Sequence record: NC_024783.1
DNA length: 44,332 nucleotides
Reading direction: 5' to 3' (one strand)
DNA from: Escherichia phage EK99P-1
Shown piece by piece: positions 17,440 through 26,844 of the stretch (position 1 is its first letter; every line of letters begins with the position of its first letter). A model generated the notes under the pieces. It saw only the letters and a program-made list of their open reading frames with translations, ran no database searches and had not been told where the DNA came from. The position numbers were made by a program, and so were the translations under genes.

Positions 17440-20400
17440 CGATTGTCTATGACGTCACAGGCCATAAAGGCGGCGGTGGCAAACAGCACACCCCACAGGA
17501 GACACCCGATAGCCTGCATTCGCTGGCTAAAATCCGCATCTTGCTTGCGCTGGGAGAAGGTGAGTTCGAAGGTATTCCAGACCCTAACGAATTACGGCGG
17601 CGCGTATATCTGGACGGAACACCGATCCAGAATGCAGACCTGTCTGAAAACTTCCCAGGCGCGCGTGTGGAGTTCCGCCCCGGAACACAGCACCAGGATG
17701 TGATCCACGGATTTTCAGCGGTGGAAAGTGAGCAATCTGTCGGCGTAAAACTGGAAAACGGCACGCCGTGGGTGCGCCAGATTAACGACACCAGTTTGGA
17801 CGCCGTGCGCATTCGCATCGGCATTCCGGCCCTGTACACAAACGAAGATAATGGCGACCTGGTGGGCGGGCGCATCGACTATAAGATCGTTGTGTATACG
17901 GATAACGCGGACCCGCGTGAGTTCAGATTCGCCGCCGTTGGTAAAACAATGTCGCTATATGAGCGTGACCACCGCATCGAGCTACCGTCGAACGTGAATA
18001 CCGGTTGGCGCGTGGAAGTTCACCGCACAACGGCAGATTCCACATCGGCGAAAGTGGTGAACGATATTCAGGTACAATCAATTACTGAGATTATCGACGC
18101 CCGCCTGCGTTACCCGCTAACCGCGCTGTTGTTTGTGGAGTTCGACGCCAAAGCGTTCCAGAACATCCCGCGCGTGTCCATCAAGTGCAAAGGCCGCAAA
18201 GTTCTAATACCGAACAACTACGATCCGATTAATCATACATATTCCGGGGACTGGGACGGCACGTTTAAACGCGCATGGACGGATAACCCTGCGTGGCACT
18301 GGTACGATATTTGTATTACTGAGCGCTTCGGCCTCGGTCGGCGTATCAAACCGCAAATGTTAAACCGGTACGCGCTCTACCAGATTGCGCAGCGCTGCGA
18401 TCAGTTGGTCAGCGACGGCAACGGCGGTCGAGAAATCCGCTTTAAGAACGATATGTACATCCAGTCGCAGACAGACGCCTGGACCGTGCTTAAGGATTTA
18501 GCAGCTATCTTTGCCGGTATGACTTGGTGGGGAAACCAGATGTTGAATATCGTAAGTGACCAGCCGGTCGCAGCGGTATCGCACACTATCACCAACGCCT
18601 CGGTTATTGATGGCAGATTCGACTACGCGTCAGGGAGCCAGAAAACTCGCTATTCCACTTTCGCGGTAGCATACGGCAACCCGAAAAACCACTACGACGA
18701 TGCCATCGCAACGGGACAACGTGTCGAACTGGTACGCCGCCATAAGATTAACCGTCTGGATATAACGGCGATCGGCTGTACGCGTGAATCAGAAGCGCAA
18801 CGCCGGGGGCACTGGGCGCTAATCTCCAACCAGCTTGACCAGCAAGTTAGCTTTAAGGTTGGCATGGAGGGACTATTCTTTATTCCGGGTAGCGTAGTCG
18901 CGATCGCCGATACAAACATTTCTGGTGGCTTCGAGACACGCGGCGGTCGCCTGTTGTCGGACCCTGGCACGCGTACCGTGCTTAACACGGACAGCGAAAT
19001 CACGTTCCGCCCAGGAGATAAATTCCTGGTACGCACCGATAGCGGTAATGTGGAGTCTCGCGAGATTGCCAGCGTCAACGGCAACAAGGTTACGCTAAAA
19101 ACCGCACTGGATGCCGACCCGATTCCAGATCAACCGTTTTGCGTGGATGGCAACGATATCCAGTTGCAGAAATTCCGCATCACCGACCTGGAATATGACG
19201 ACTCTACCAGCACTTTCTCGGTGCGCGGGATCGAGTACAACGATAGTAAATACGATGCCGTTGATAATGGCGCTCGCCTTGATCCGGGCATCTTCACGCA
19301 AGTTCCTGACGGAGTAATGAAGGGGCCGGAGTCCGTGACCATTACGCCGTCGCAGATTTCATCGCAAGGCCAGCTAATCACCAACGTGGATATTGTATTC
19401 CCGCCGGTGAAGGATGCCGTGGTGTATGAAATCCAGTGGCGACGTACCAGCTTGCAGAATATGGCGGTCCAGTGGGGGAATGACTGGGTAAACATCCCAC
19501 GTACGGCATCTAACGGCGCGCACATCCCGAACGTGTTTTCCGGTAACTACCAGGCACGCGTCCGCGCGATCGGTATGGGCGAGATTTCATCCCCGTGGGT
19601 GTCGTCTGCCATCACACCGATCGAAGGTCGTCTCGGCGGGCTTAACGCGCCTATCATCACCAACGCGATTTCGGGACTCCACCAAATTTTGTGGAAGTGG
19701 AACCACAACAACGCCGCGACGGATATTTCGTATACCGAGCTTGAAGTACGCAAGCTGGGCGAAACGGAATGGAAGTTCTTGACCAACGTCCCATATCCGG
19801 GGTCGGACTATGCGCAAACGTCGCTGGAGTTCGGCATCTACCAGCAGTTGCGCGCCCGCGTAGCGGATAAAATCGGCAACCTGTCGGACTGGTCCGCCCC
19901 GTTTGAAGGCCAGGTGAGTGACAAAGTTGACGAGTACATGAAGGGGCTTGATGACGCGTTCTTGACTTCCGAAGATGGTAAACACTTCCAGGAAGCAATA
20001 GACACCATTCCGCAGGGCATTTATGAATCAATGCTCACGGACGCCCAGCAGCTATTCAATGCCCGCGCCGAGTATCAAGGTATTTACGCAGAAATCAAGG
20101 TGGCGTATAACGTGGCAGCGGATGCCCACAAGGCGGTCGCACAACTTGAGACGCTGATCGGCACTCGCCTTGACGATGCGGAAGCGGCGATCCACACGTT
20201 GCAGACAGCGCAAAGCACGCATGAACAAGCGTTCGCCCAGTACCAGCAAACTGTTGCCGCTAAGTTCGGTGAACAGGAAGCCGCCATCGATCAGGTACAA
20301 ACGGCAACGGCAGACGTAGCGGGCGCACTGGCGGAGTATAAGACCCAGGTCGCGGCGCAGTTCGGTCAGCAGTCCGCAGCTATCGAGCAGAAGATGACGT

Positions 20401-20882
20401 CCTCGTTTAACCATGCTGGCGGTAGCGCCACATATAGCCTTAAAGCTGGCGTGACGTATAACGGAACTTATTATGATGCCGGTATGCAGCTTTCAGTTGT
20501 GGCGGAAGGCGGCGCGGTTAAATCCCGCATCGCGTTCAAGGCGGACCAGTTCTACATCATGCACCCGTCGAATGGGTCGCTTTCGTCCGCGTTTATCGTT
20601 GACGGCGGTCAGGTGTACATCGACACGGCGCGCATCAAGAACGCGTCCATCAACTTCGCACAGATCACGGACACGCTGCAATCGAATAACTGGAATCCGG
20701 GGAGCAGCGGCTGGCGTATCGCGAAGGATGGCGGGGCGGAGTTCAACAACGTCACGGTCCGCGGCAACTTGTACGCGACTACGGGTAATTTCGGATTCTC
20801 CGGCGGGTCCGTTACGATCGACTCAACGGGCGTTAACGTGCCATTACCTGGCGGTGGTAGGGTGAAAGTAGGGACGTGGTAA
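17436..20882 (+). CDS. central tail fibre / host specificity protein J-like
   Basis: 1148 aa, largest ORF, follows M-L-K-I in lambda order. Confidence 0.85.
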   Translation: MTIVYDVTGHKGGGGKQHTPQETPDSLHSLAKIRILLALGEGEFEGIPDPNELRRRVYLDGTPIQNADLSENFPGARVEFRPGTQHQDVIHGFSAVESEQSVGVKLENGTPWVRQINDTSLDAVRIRIGIPALYTNEDNGDLVGGRIDYKIVVYTDNADPREFRFAAVGKTMSLYERDHRIELPSNVNTGWRVEVHRTTADSTSAKVVNDIQVQSITEIIDARLRYPLTALLFVEFDAKAFQNIPRVSIKCKGRKVLIPNNYDPINHTYSGDWDGTFKRAWTDNPAWHWYDICITERFGLGRRIKPQMLNRYALYQIAQRCDQLVSDGNGGREIRFKNDMYIQSQTDAWTVLKDLAAIFAGMTWWGNQMLNIVSDQPVAAVSHTITNASVIDGRFDYASGSQKTRYSTFAVAYGNPKNHYDDAIATGQRVELVRRHKINRLDITAIGCTRESEAQRRGHWALISNQLDQQVSFKVGMEGLFFIPGSVVAIADTNISGGFETRGGRLLSDPGTRTVLNTDSEITFRPGDKFLVRTDSGNVESREIASVNGNKVTLKTALDADPIPDQPFCVDGNDIQLQKFRITDLEYDDSTSTFSVRGIEYNDSKYDAVDNGARLDPGIFTQVPDGVMKGPESVTITPSQISSQGQLITNVDIVFPPVKDAVVYEIQWRRTSLQNMAVQWGNDWVNIPRTASNGAHIPNVFSGNYQARVRAIGMGEISSPWVSSAITPIEGRLGGLNAPIITNAISGLHQILWKWNHNNAATDISYTELEVRKLGETEWKFLTNVPYPGSDYAQTSLEFGIYQQLRARVADKIGNLSDWSAPFEGQVSDKVDEYMKGLDDAFLTSEDGKHFQEAIDTIPQGIYESMLTDAQQLFNARAEYQGIYAEIKVAYNVAADAHKAVAQLETLIGTRLDDAEAAIHTLQTAQSTHEQAFAQYQQTVAAKFGEQEAAIDQVQTATADVAGALAEYKTQVAAQFGQQSAAIEQKMTSSFNHAGGSATYSLKAGVTYNGTYYDAGMQLSVVAEGGAVKSRIAFKADQFYIMHPSNGSLSSAFIVDGGQVYIDTARIKNASINFAQITDTLQSNNWNPGSSGWRIAKDGGAEFNNVTVRGNLYATTGNFGFSGGSVTIDSTGVNVPLPGGGRVKVGTW

Positions 20883-20888
20883 ATGCGA

Positions 20889-20910
20889 AGGGGCCATCTG
20901 GCCCCTTTCT
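20889..20910. terminator. hairpin terminator between convergent J and RBP genes
   Basis: AGGGGCC-atct-GGCCCCT followed by TTCT. Weak U tract on both strands. Confidence 0.45.
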
Positions 20911-21874
20911 AATACATGTTAGGGATGACTAGTAACGGTGTGGGTACGGTTACATTACGATTAGGCATCTGGAATTGCTGCCGTGAGTAGTTACCGATCA
21001 CGCGATTTCGTGCCGCGCTAACCACGTTGCCAGCCATGCGTATCCCGCTCATTCGCACGTGGTTATATCCGCTGTTGTTCTCAATGAGCGCGCCGGTATA
21101 TGAGAGCTGTACGAGGCTGTTGCCAATATTCTGACCACCAGTGCTGATATTAATTACGGAATTGAGGACAAACGGCTTATTCACAGTGGAGAACGTGACC
21201 TGGCCCTGGTTGTTAGTCATAGTAATGCCGGTCCCCGGTGATGGCGGCGTATTGTTGAATATCACCAGGTCCATATCCACCGAAGCCGCCACATCGTCAA
21301 TACCGCCATAGGACGCATTGCGGACAATAATACTGCCGCCGTCGAAGCCTACTGATACGTTGCCATCGTCCCATCGGGCGAACGGGACACCGCTAACGGG
21401 CAATGCCATACTACCGTTGACGCGCACGCGCTGTGCGTATCGGCAGGTCATTAGCTTAGACACGTTGGATATGGCGGTGAAGTCCGTCGAGTTCTCCACC
21501 AGTAAGCCCGCGTTGCGTGAACCAACCGGCAGCACTTCCATTATGACGCCAGCCCATTGTGGTAAGCCAGAGTACGCGCCATACGCATCCTCCCCGCGCA
21601 GGGTGATACCACTATTCCCGTTGCGGGTAACAGACGTAACGTAAAACGGGTCGGGAATTACCAGGGTCTGGTCGAATACCTCAATCACTTCTACCGGGCG
21701 AGTGAGCGCGACGACGACCTGCGACCCCTCCGTAAGCGGGGTGTTAATGGTTAGCGTCTTGTTGGACTGTGCCCGCTGGTTAAAGCTGGTGCAGTATGAC
21801 GGCGCGCGGAGTCCAGCGGTTATCTCCATTACAGGCCTGCCGTCGTTATAGTCGATAAGTATTCCAGCGCCCAT
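20909..21874 (-). CDS. putative receptor-binding protein, encoded antisense to tail genes
   Basis: 321 aa from the ATG at 21874 (RBS GGGAG). Gly/Asn/Ser/Thr-rich beta-type composition, immediately after J, coupled to an upstream lipoprotein gene. Confidence 0.5.
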   Translation of the reverse strand: MGAGILIDYNDGRPVMEITAGLRAPSYCTSFNQRAQSNKTLTINTPLTEGSQVVVALTRPVEVIEVFDQTLVIPDPFYVTSVTRNGNSGITLRGEDAYGAYSGLPQWAGVIMEVLPVGSRNAGLLVENSTDFTAISNVSKLMTCRYAQRVRVNGSMALPVSGVPFARWDDGNVSVGFDGGSIIVRNASYGGIDDVAASVDMDLVIFNNTPPSPGTGITMTNNQGQVTFSTVNKPFVLNSVINISTGGQNIGNSLVQLSYTGALIENNSGYNHVRMSGIRMAGNVVSAARNRVIGNYSRQQFQMPNRNVTVPTPLLVIPNMY

Positions 21875-21876
21875 TA

Positions 21877-22098
21877 TTACCACTCCCGTGATTTAACTGA
21901 TACTGTGCCTGAGAAGTTGCCGTCGCTATCGGATGACAGCCCGGTGAATCGCATGTCCACATCTCCTGCCGGGACTTTTTGCCCGTCAACGTAGCGCAAC
22001 ATGCAGCTACCGTAAGCAACCGTAACGCAATCGCCGTTGTTGCGTTCTACGGCGCAACCGGACAACAGAACCGCACAAATCATAATTAAAGTTTTCAT
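21877..22098 (-). CDS. small lipoprotein, putative superinfection exclusion protein (Cor/Llp-like)
   Basis: 73 aa. Signal peptide and lipobox MKTLIMICAVLLSGC, RBS GGAGATGA. Stop lies 3 nt before the RBP start. Confidence 0.55.
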   Translation of the reverse strand: MKTLIMICAVLLSGCAVERNNGDCVTVAYGSCMLRYVDGQKVPAGDVDMRFTGLSSDSDGNFSGTVSVKSREW

Positions 22099-22128
22099 GG
22101 TATCATCTCCTATATTTGGTTGAGTTTT

Positions 22129-22157
22129 AGTATTACACCGCTCAGCCAGGATTGCAA
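22129..22157 (-). promoter_or_regulatory. putative promoter for the lipoprotein-RBP operon
   Basis: Minus strand: ATTGGTTGCAA box with TTGCAA as -35, 17-nt spacer, weak -10 AATACT. Confidence 0.35.
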
Positions 22158-22178
22158 CCAATTTATGAGGATTCAGCT

Positions 22179-23840
22179 ATGGCAGCGGGTACACTATCCG
22201 TAACGAATAACAGCAAGGCGGTTGCCGGGGTAGGCACGACGTTCACCGCGTTTAAAGCTGGCGACTTCTTAACGCTGGTGGTGGGGCAAGTCCCTTACAC
22301 TGTCGCGATTGCATCCGTAGAAAGCGATACCGCGCTTACGCTGGTGCTTCCGTTCGACGGTCCCACGGCAACCGGCCTTGCCTGGGATGGCGTTGCGCGC
22401 GATACCATGTCACTGGCGACGATGGGCGTTACCGTACAGGCCCAGAAAGCGTTGCGATTGATGATCGCCGATGAAAACAACTGGCGTGCGATCTTCGGAG
22501 ACGAAGAAGAAGTTACGGTAACGCTGCCGAACGGGCAGGTTATGCAGGGTATGTCGTGGGGCTACCTGTCGCGATTACTGAAGGAAGTTGACCCCGTTGA
22601 AATGCGCGACCTGCAACAACAAGCCGCCGCATCGGAAGCCGCCGCACTAGCATCACGTAACGAGGCTGAAGGATTCAAGAACGAGACGGCAGGCATTCGC
22701 GACGCCACCGATCAGATTAAGACGGATACGCAGGCAATCCACGACGCCACCAACGCCATCAAGACGCAAACCAACCAGATTAAGACAGATACTGGCGCTA
22801 TTCGCGACGAGGCCAACCAGATTAAGACGGATACCGGGGTTATTCGCGACGAGGCCAATACCGCGAAGATTGACGCGCAAACCGCCAGCACTGCCGCGCA
22901 GGGATTTCGCGATCAGGCCGAAGAATGGGCGCGAAGCGTAAACGCCGATAATCTGCTAACTAAAACCGGCAACCTGGCAGGCATTGCAGACGCTGCGGCA
23001 GCGCGCACCAATTTAGGCTTAGGTACTGTCGCCACGTTAAACACTGTTCCTGTCGCTAATGGCGGTACAGGTGCGACCACGGCTGCAGCAGCGCGCACCA
23101 ATTTAGGCTTAGGTACGACTCAGGTTGTATCTTTCGGGTCAGTGGCGTTGACTAACGTTGTTACGGGCGCTTACGCTAGCGGTTTTGGGGCAACCGTAGC
23201 TGGCGGCAGTTTTGGGGAACAGTATACCAACCCCACAGCAATTGCTGTAGATAGCACCGCTGTCGAAGGTTACATTACGTTAATGAGGGTTACAATACCC
23301 GGTGTGGGTAACCCGGGTGGCATGGACTGCTTCATGTACGCTAATGGTACGTCGTTCTTCAGAATAAATACCGGTGTTGCAAATTACGTGTTTAACAGTA
23401 CTGGGGTAGCCACCGCTACACAGTGGTCGAGTACATCTGACGAGCGAATCGAAGAGGATATTGCACGGATTGATAACCCGCTCGAAAAAATGAAGCGTAT
23501 CAAAGGTGTGTCATGGCGACTGAAGACAAACGGTAGTATCGGTCACGGTTTCATCGCTCAGGATGTGGAGCAAGATTTCCCTAGCGCTGTCAATCCGTTA
23601 CAAGATATGCAATTGTCCGACGGTAGTGTCGTAAAAAACGTCAAGTCTGTTGACACGTACGGCGTGGCCGCAGCTTTGCATCATGAAGCTATTCTCGCAC
23701 TCATGGCTAAAATAGAAGCACTGGAGGCCACCATGCGAGCGTTGCCGGATACGATGAAACAGGTGGAGGAGTTGAAAGCCGCACAAGCGGGCTTTCGTAA
23801 TATTCCTTTCCGTCCACTTCCACTAAGGGCCAATCGTTAA
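22179..23840 (+). CDS. side tail fibre with C-terminal intramolecular chaperone (peptidase S74-like) domain
   Basis: 553 aa from the ATG at 22179 (RBS GAGGA). Repeated IKTDT and AARTNLGLGT motifs. C-terminal DERIEEDI...KRIKGV...HGFIAQDVEQ...AILALMAKIEALE resembles the endosialidase-type chaperone. Confidence 0.7.
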   Translation: MAAGTLSVTNNSKAVAGVGTTFTAFKAGDFLTLVVGQVPYTVAIASVESDTALTLVLPFDGPTATGLAWDGVARDTMSLATMGVTVQAQKALRLMIADENNWRAIFGDEEEVTVTLPNGQVMQGMSWGYLSRLLKEVDPVEMRDLQQQAAASEAAALASRNEAEGFKNETAGIRDATDQIKTDTQAIHDATNAIKTQTNQIKTDTGAIRDEANQIKTDTGVIRDEANTAKIDAQTASTAAQGFRDQAEEWARSVNADNLLTKTGNLAGIADAAAARTNLGLGTVATLNTVPVANGGTGATTAAAARTNLGLGTTQVVSFGSVALTNVVTGAYASGFGATVAGGSFGEQYTNPTAIAVDSTAVEGYITLMRVTIPGVGNPGGMDCFMYANGTSFFRINTGVANYVFNSTGVATATQWSSTSDERIEEDIARIDNPLEKMKRIKGVSWRLKTNGSIGHGFIAQDVEQDFPSAVNPLQDMQLSDGSVVKNVKSVDTYGVAAALHHEAILALMAKIEALEATMRALPDTMKQVEELKAAQAGFRNIPFRPLPLRANR

Positions 23841-24324
23841 CAATCACGTACGGCTCAGCAATATCCTCAATCACGCCGTGCGCGCTATGTTGTCCGAAAT
23901 CTACGCCCACCAGGATAACCCCGGCAACGCGACGAGTGAGATACTCGCGAGCGCAACGAGCCTCTACCAGTCCGCGACGGATGCCGCTGGTGGCCTTAAC
24001 CTCATAGGTCCAGACGGCATCAATCATGTGTTCCCGGAAGTCGGGGCCGGACTTAACCTTGCGCTTACCGACCATGATAATATCGCCGCGGTCGATAGTG
24101 TTAGCACTAAACAGGCCGGTACGCATTAGCAAACCTTGCGGTATGCAACTACGCCCGCCCGCCTGCCCCTCAAGGTACATGCCCGCAAACATCTCGCCCA
24201 GCACACCGACAAGACGGCTTTGCTTGCACGCGTCAGACTTTAGGCGCCACTGGTCAAACTCTATGCTTGCGATCATTGCCGCCAGGTGGAATTGTTTACC
24301 GGATATTTCATATTCGCCGTACAT
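23707..24324 (-). CDS. hypothetical protein
   Basis: 205 aa, RBS GAGGA. The 3' end overlaps the tail fibre 3' end by 134 bp (convergent). Confidence 0.5.
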   Translation of the reverse strand: MYGEYEISGKQFHLAAMIASIEFDQWRLKSDACKQSRLVGVLGEMFAGMYLEGQAGGRSCIPQGLLMRTGLFSANTIDRGDIIMVGKRKVKSGPDFREHMIDAVWTYEVKATSGIRRGLVEARCAREYLTRRVAGVILVGVDFGQHSAHGVIEDIAEPYVIVNDWPLVEVDGKEYYESPLVRLSTPPPVSSYPATLAWWPPVLLF

Positions 24325-24366
24325 CGTGTGGTCCTCATTGATGCGGGCCGAAGCCCGCGATTAGAA

Positions 24367-24888
24367 TTATTTCAGTGCGCTACGTACCAGTGTTTTTTCC
24401 ATGTTACGGAAATCTTCCGGCGTCATGAGGATTTTGGACCCATCTTCGCCGGTGAGCACGACCATAGGCTGGACTTCTTGGTCTGCAATGCCGAAATTGG
24501 CGGCTTTTACAGTCTTACCCACCGATGCAGAAGGATTCCACGTCCCCGCGGTGGCGATGGGCCAACCTTTAAGGCTGTCGTATTGCGCTGCCGTTGTATC
24601 GACCTGAATCTCATCATGTACGGTCATGTAAGACTCGCCCAGCAGGGCGGCATACGCCACCAGATCCACGATGTTATCTTCCTGGTGCTTACGGTGCTGG
24701 CGCACCAGCTTCAGGCAGATCAGGAAGGTCCAGGCTTCTTGCTCGGTAAGGTCGCGACCGGTAAGCGCGTTAAACACGGCAGCGATTTGTTTAGCGCTGC
24801 GTTCTTCTTTCGCGTTGTCATAGCCGTTTTCTTTCCCGCGCTGTTCCATAGTGGTGGCGGCGTTTTTGCAGTATTCGTATGCTTTCAC
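24367..24888 (-). CDS. hypothetical protein, possible MazG-like all-alpha nucleotide pyrophosphohydrolase domain
   Basis: 173 aa, GTG start with RBS AAGGG. The pattern EQRGKENGYD...AWTFLICLKLVRQHRK...DNIVDLVAYAALLGE is suggestive only. Confidence 0.4.
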   Translation of the reverse strand: MKAYEYCKNAATTMEQRGKENGYDNAKEERSAKQIAAVFNALTGRDLTEQEAWTFLICLKLVRQHRKHQEDNIVDLVAYAALLGESYMTVHDEIQVDTTAAQYDSLKGWPIATAGTWNPSASVGKTVKAANFGIADQEVQPMVVLTGEDGSKILMTPEDFRNMEKTLVRSALK

Positions 24889-24935
24889 AGTATTGCCCTT
24901 TTTAGCGAGGGGGCGGTAATGCCCCCGACACGTTT

Positions 24936-24965
24936 ACTATAGTGCAACCAACCTATTGGTTGCAA
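24936..24965 (-). promoter_or_regulatory. putative promoter with palindromic box pair
   Basis: Minus strand: TTGCAA (-35), 18-nt spacer, TATAGT (-10). The perfect inverted repeat TGCAACCAA-cct-a-TTGGTTGCA spans the -35 and spacer. Confidence 0.45.
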
Positions 24966-25423
24966 GTGAATTTCGCAACATTTATCGCGTAAATTTTCGG
25001 GACCAAATCACCACACGCCCGACGAATTGCCGCGATGTTCTTCTCGCAATCTTCAATGATGACCAGTTCCGACACGTCCGCATAGCAGACCATTTTGAAC
25101 ACGGCGCACGCCTTAAACTCAGGCGGCGGGGTGTCGTCCAGCATGTGGCGCATAAACAACCGGCCTACCGGGAAGACCTCCAATTGCTCGGCGGTGGTGT
25201 CCCAGCATTCGCGCTGCCGGTTGGTCAGATACGCGATCTCGAAGCCTTGCTCTTTATACATGCGCAGTAGCGGCAGCATATCCATGTTCAGGTCTTCGCG
25301 GACGTGCGCCTTGTGCCACTTCGCCCAGAAGGTGGATTTAGTTTTTATGCCCGGCACCAGGTCGGCGCGCGCATCGCTTGACCCATTAATAACGCCATCC
25401 AGATCACAAATCAGTAATTTCAT
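24953..25423 (-). CDS. HAD-superfamily phosphatase / nucleotidase-like protein
   Basis: 156 aa. N-terminal LICDLDGV matches HAD motif I (DxDG). Confidence 0.6.
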   Translation of the reverse strand: MKLLICDLDGVINGSSDARADLVPGIKTKSTFWAKWHKAHVREDLNMDMLPLLRMYKEQGFEIAYLTNRQRECWDTTAEQLEVFPVGRLFMRHMLDDTPPPEFKACAVFKMVCYADVSELVIIEDCEKNIAAIRRACGDLVPKIYAINVAKFTCNQ

Positions 25424-25653
25424 TTCAATTCCTCAATAAGGGTGTATCGGGCGCTGCGCGCGGTGTAAGAGTTGCACACGAAATGACAACGTCGGGTAAT
25501 GACAAGCCACCCGGTAAGGTCCATACCCAGGAGGTGTTCAGGCCGTGACACGCGACGCACACGATCGCGGCGCGGGTCAATGTTATAGTCTTTTTGCATT
25601 TGGTCTACGACCGCGTGGTCGCGGTCAACGATTAAGATATTCATGTAGCTCAC
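25420..25653 (-). CDS. hypothetical protein
   Basis: 77 aa, overlapping junctions with both neighbours. Confidence 0.4.
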   Translation of the reverse strand: MSYMNILIVDRDHAVVDQMQKDYNIDPRRDRVRRVSRPEHLLGMDLTGWLVITRRCHFVCNSYTARSARYTLIEELK

Positions 25654-26110
25654 TCTCGCTCATTATTTCAATTTGTGCGCTGCCGCTGGGCGGCGCTTCG
25701 TCAAAGATTATCAACTGCTGGCACTTGTTATTGCTCGGCCCGACTTCACCGGTTACAGCGTGTATAAATCGGATACGCCAGTCCAGAAGAATTATCAGGT
25801 TTGCAGTCTTCCGGGCCAGCTTTGCCCACTTCGTCGACGTGTCCTGATTCAGCAGCATGACGGTCCGGCGTCCGTGCGCTGCGCACTTGACCCACGGCAG
25901 CGGATCGGAATACGGCGGGTTGCACCACTTCCACCCTTTCAACTCAGACCAGTCCGCATCGAGCGCGCTGTGCTCTGCCGTGAAGTAACGCGGTAGCAGG
26001 TGGTTGGTGTCGCTTGCCGCCATATCGTAACGGAATCGGTACTTACGGCGCAGCGGTTTAAATAAAGCTGGCGGCGTGCGCCAGCTATCTTTTTGCTCAC
26101 TCTTCTGCAT
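25625..26110 (-). CDS. DNA N6-adenine methyltransferase (small phage Dam type)
   Basis: 161 aa with WRTPPALF and catalytic NPPY motifs. Confidence 0.8.
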   Translation of the reverse strand: MQKSEQKDSWRTPPALFKPLRRKYRFRYDMAASDTNHLLPRYFTAEHSALDADWSELKGWKWCNPPYSDPLPWVKCAAHGRRTVMLLNQDTSTKWAKLARKTANLIILLDWRIRFIHAVTGEVGPSNNKCQQLIIFDEAPPSGSAQIEIMSESELHEYLNR

Positions 26111-26555
26111 GATCTGGATCTATCGCGTACAGGGCAATTTTCTTATTACTGTTTAGAACGCGTTGCACGCGCTTTGATTCCTCGGTGCCGAGTGGTCGGC
26201 AGTCGGAGTAGTAAGACCCGTTCCCTCGCCACGCAACCAGCACCAGGTCTTTCCGGTCAATCTTAGACTGGCGGCCCTTCGGACGCACGTACTCCTCGGC
26301 CCGTTTGCAATGTTCACGCAAACCATCGGCAGTGATGCGGTTTAGTGCAACGCTGGTGGTGTATCCGGTGCGCTGCATAATCCCCATCAATTCGAATAGC
26401 AGTTCGAAGCGCTCCTCTAGCTCCTGGCGCACTTTCTTCTCCCCTTCATATAGCGTCTGGTTGGTGTCCGCCAACGCGTTCGCACGTTCGGCCTGTTCGC
26501 GGGCTTCGAGGCATTGCGCGGCCCAGTAGTTTTTCTCTTCTTGTAAAATTTTCAT
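26097..26555 (-). CDS. hypothetical protein
   Basis: 152 aa, charged coiled-coil-like N-terminus. Confidence 0.45.
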   Translation of the reverse strand: MKILQEEKNYWAAQCLEAREQAERANALADTNQTLYEGEKKVRQELEERFELLFELMGIMQRTGYTTSVALNRITADGLREHCKRAEEYVRPKGRQSKIDRKDLVLVAWRGNGSYYSDCRPLGTEESKRVQRVLNSNKKIALYAIDPDHAEE

Positions 26556-26798
26556 TTATTTAAGCTCCGTTGTGCGAATCTCATCGCGAGGAATAAATTT
26601 GCCATCCATTTCAACCCAGCAGACACCGTATCGCCATTGTGTGTTACGGCCTGTTTGCTCGGGGTACACAGCCTCGCATTCGTAGCGTTCCGTGTAGTAA
26701 ACAGCTGCGGTAGGTACGCAAACACAAACGGCAATCATGAGGGTGAGGAGCACCCAAAATCTAAGGTCGCCGTCGTAGTCGAAAAATAATGATTTCAT
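26556..26798 (-). CDS. small membrane protein
   Basis: 80 aa from the ATG at 26798 (RBS GGAGACGG). One TM helix (FWVLLTLMIAVCVCVPTAAVYY). Confidence 0.45.
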   Translation of the reverse strand: MKSLFFDYDGDLRFWVLLTLMIAVCVCVPTAAVYYTERYECEAVYPEQTGRNTQWRYGVCWVEMDGKFIPRDEIRTTELK

Positions 26799-26844
26799 CT
26801 CACCGTCTCCAGGTATTAAAAAGGGCGTCCAACCGGACACCCTC

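Noticed and set aside
22152-22178. TTG start at 22152 for the tail fibre (MQPIYEDSA...).
   Set aside because: The TTG lies inside the ATTGCAACCAAT promoter box. The ATG at 22179 is preceded by a GAGGA RBS.
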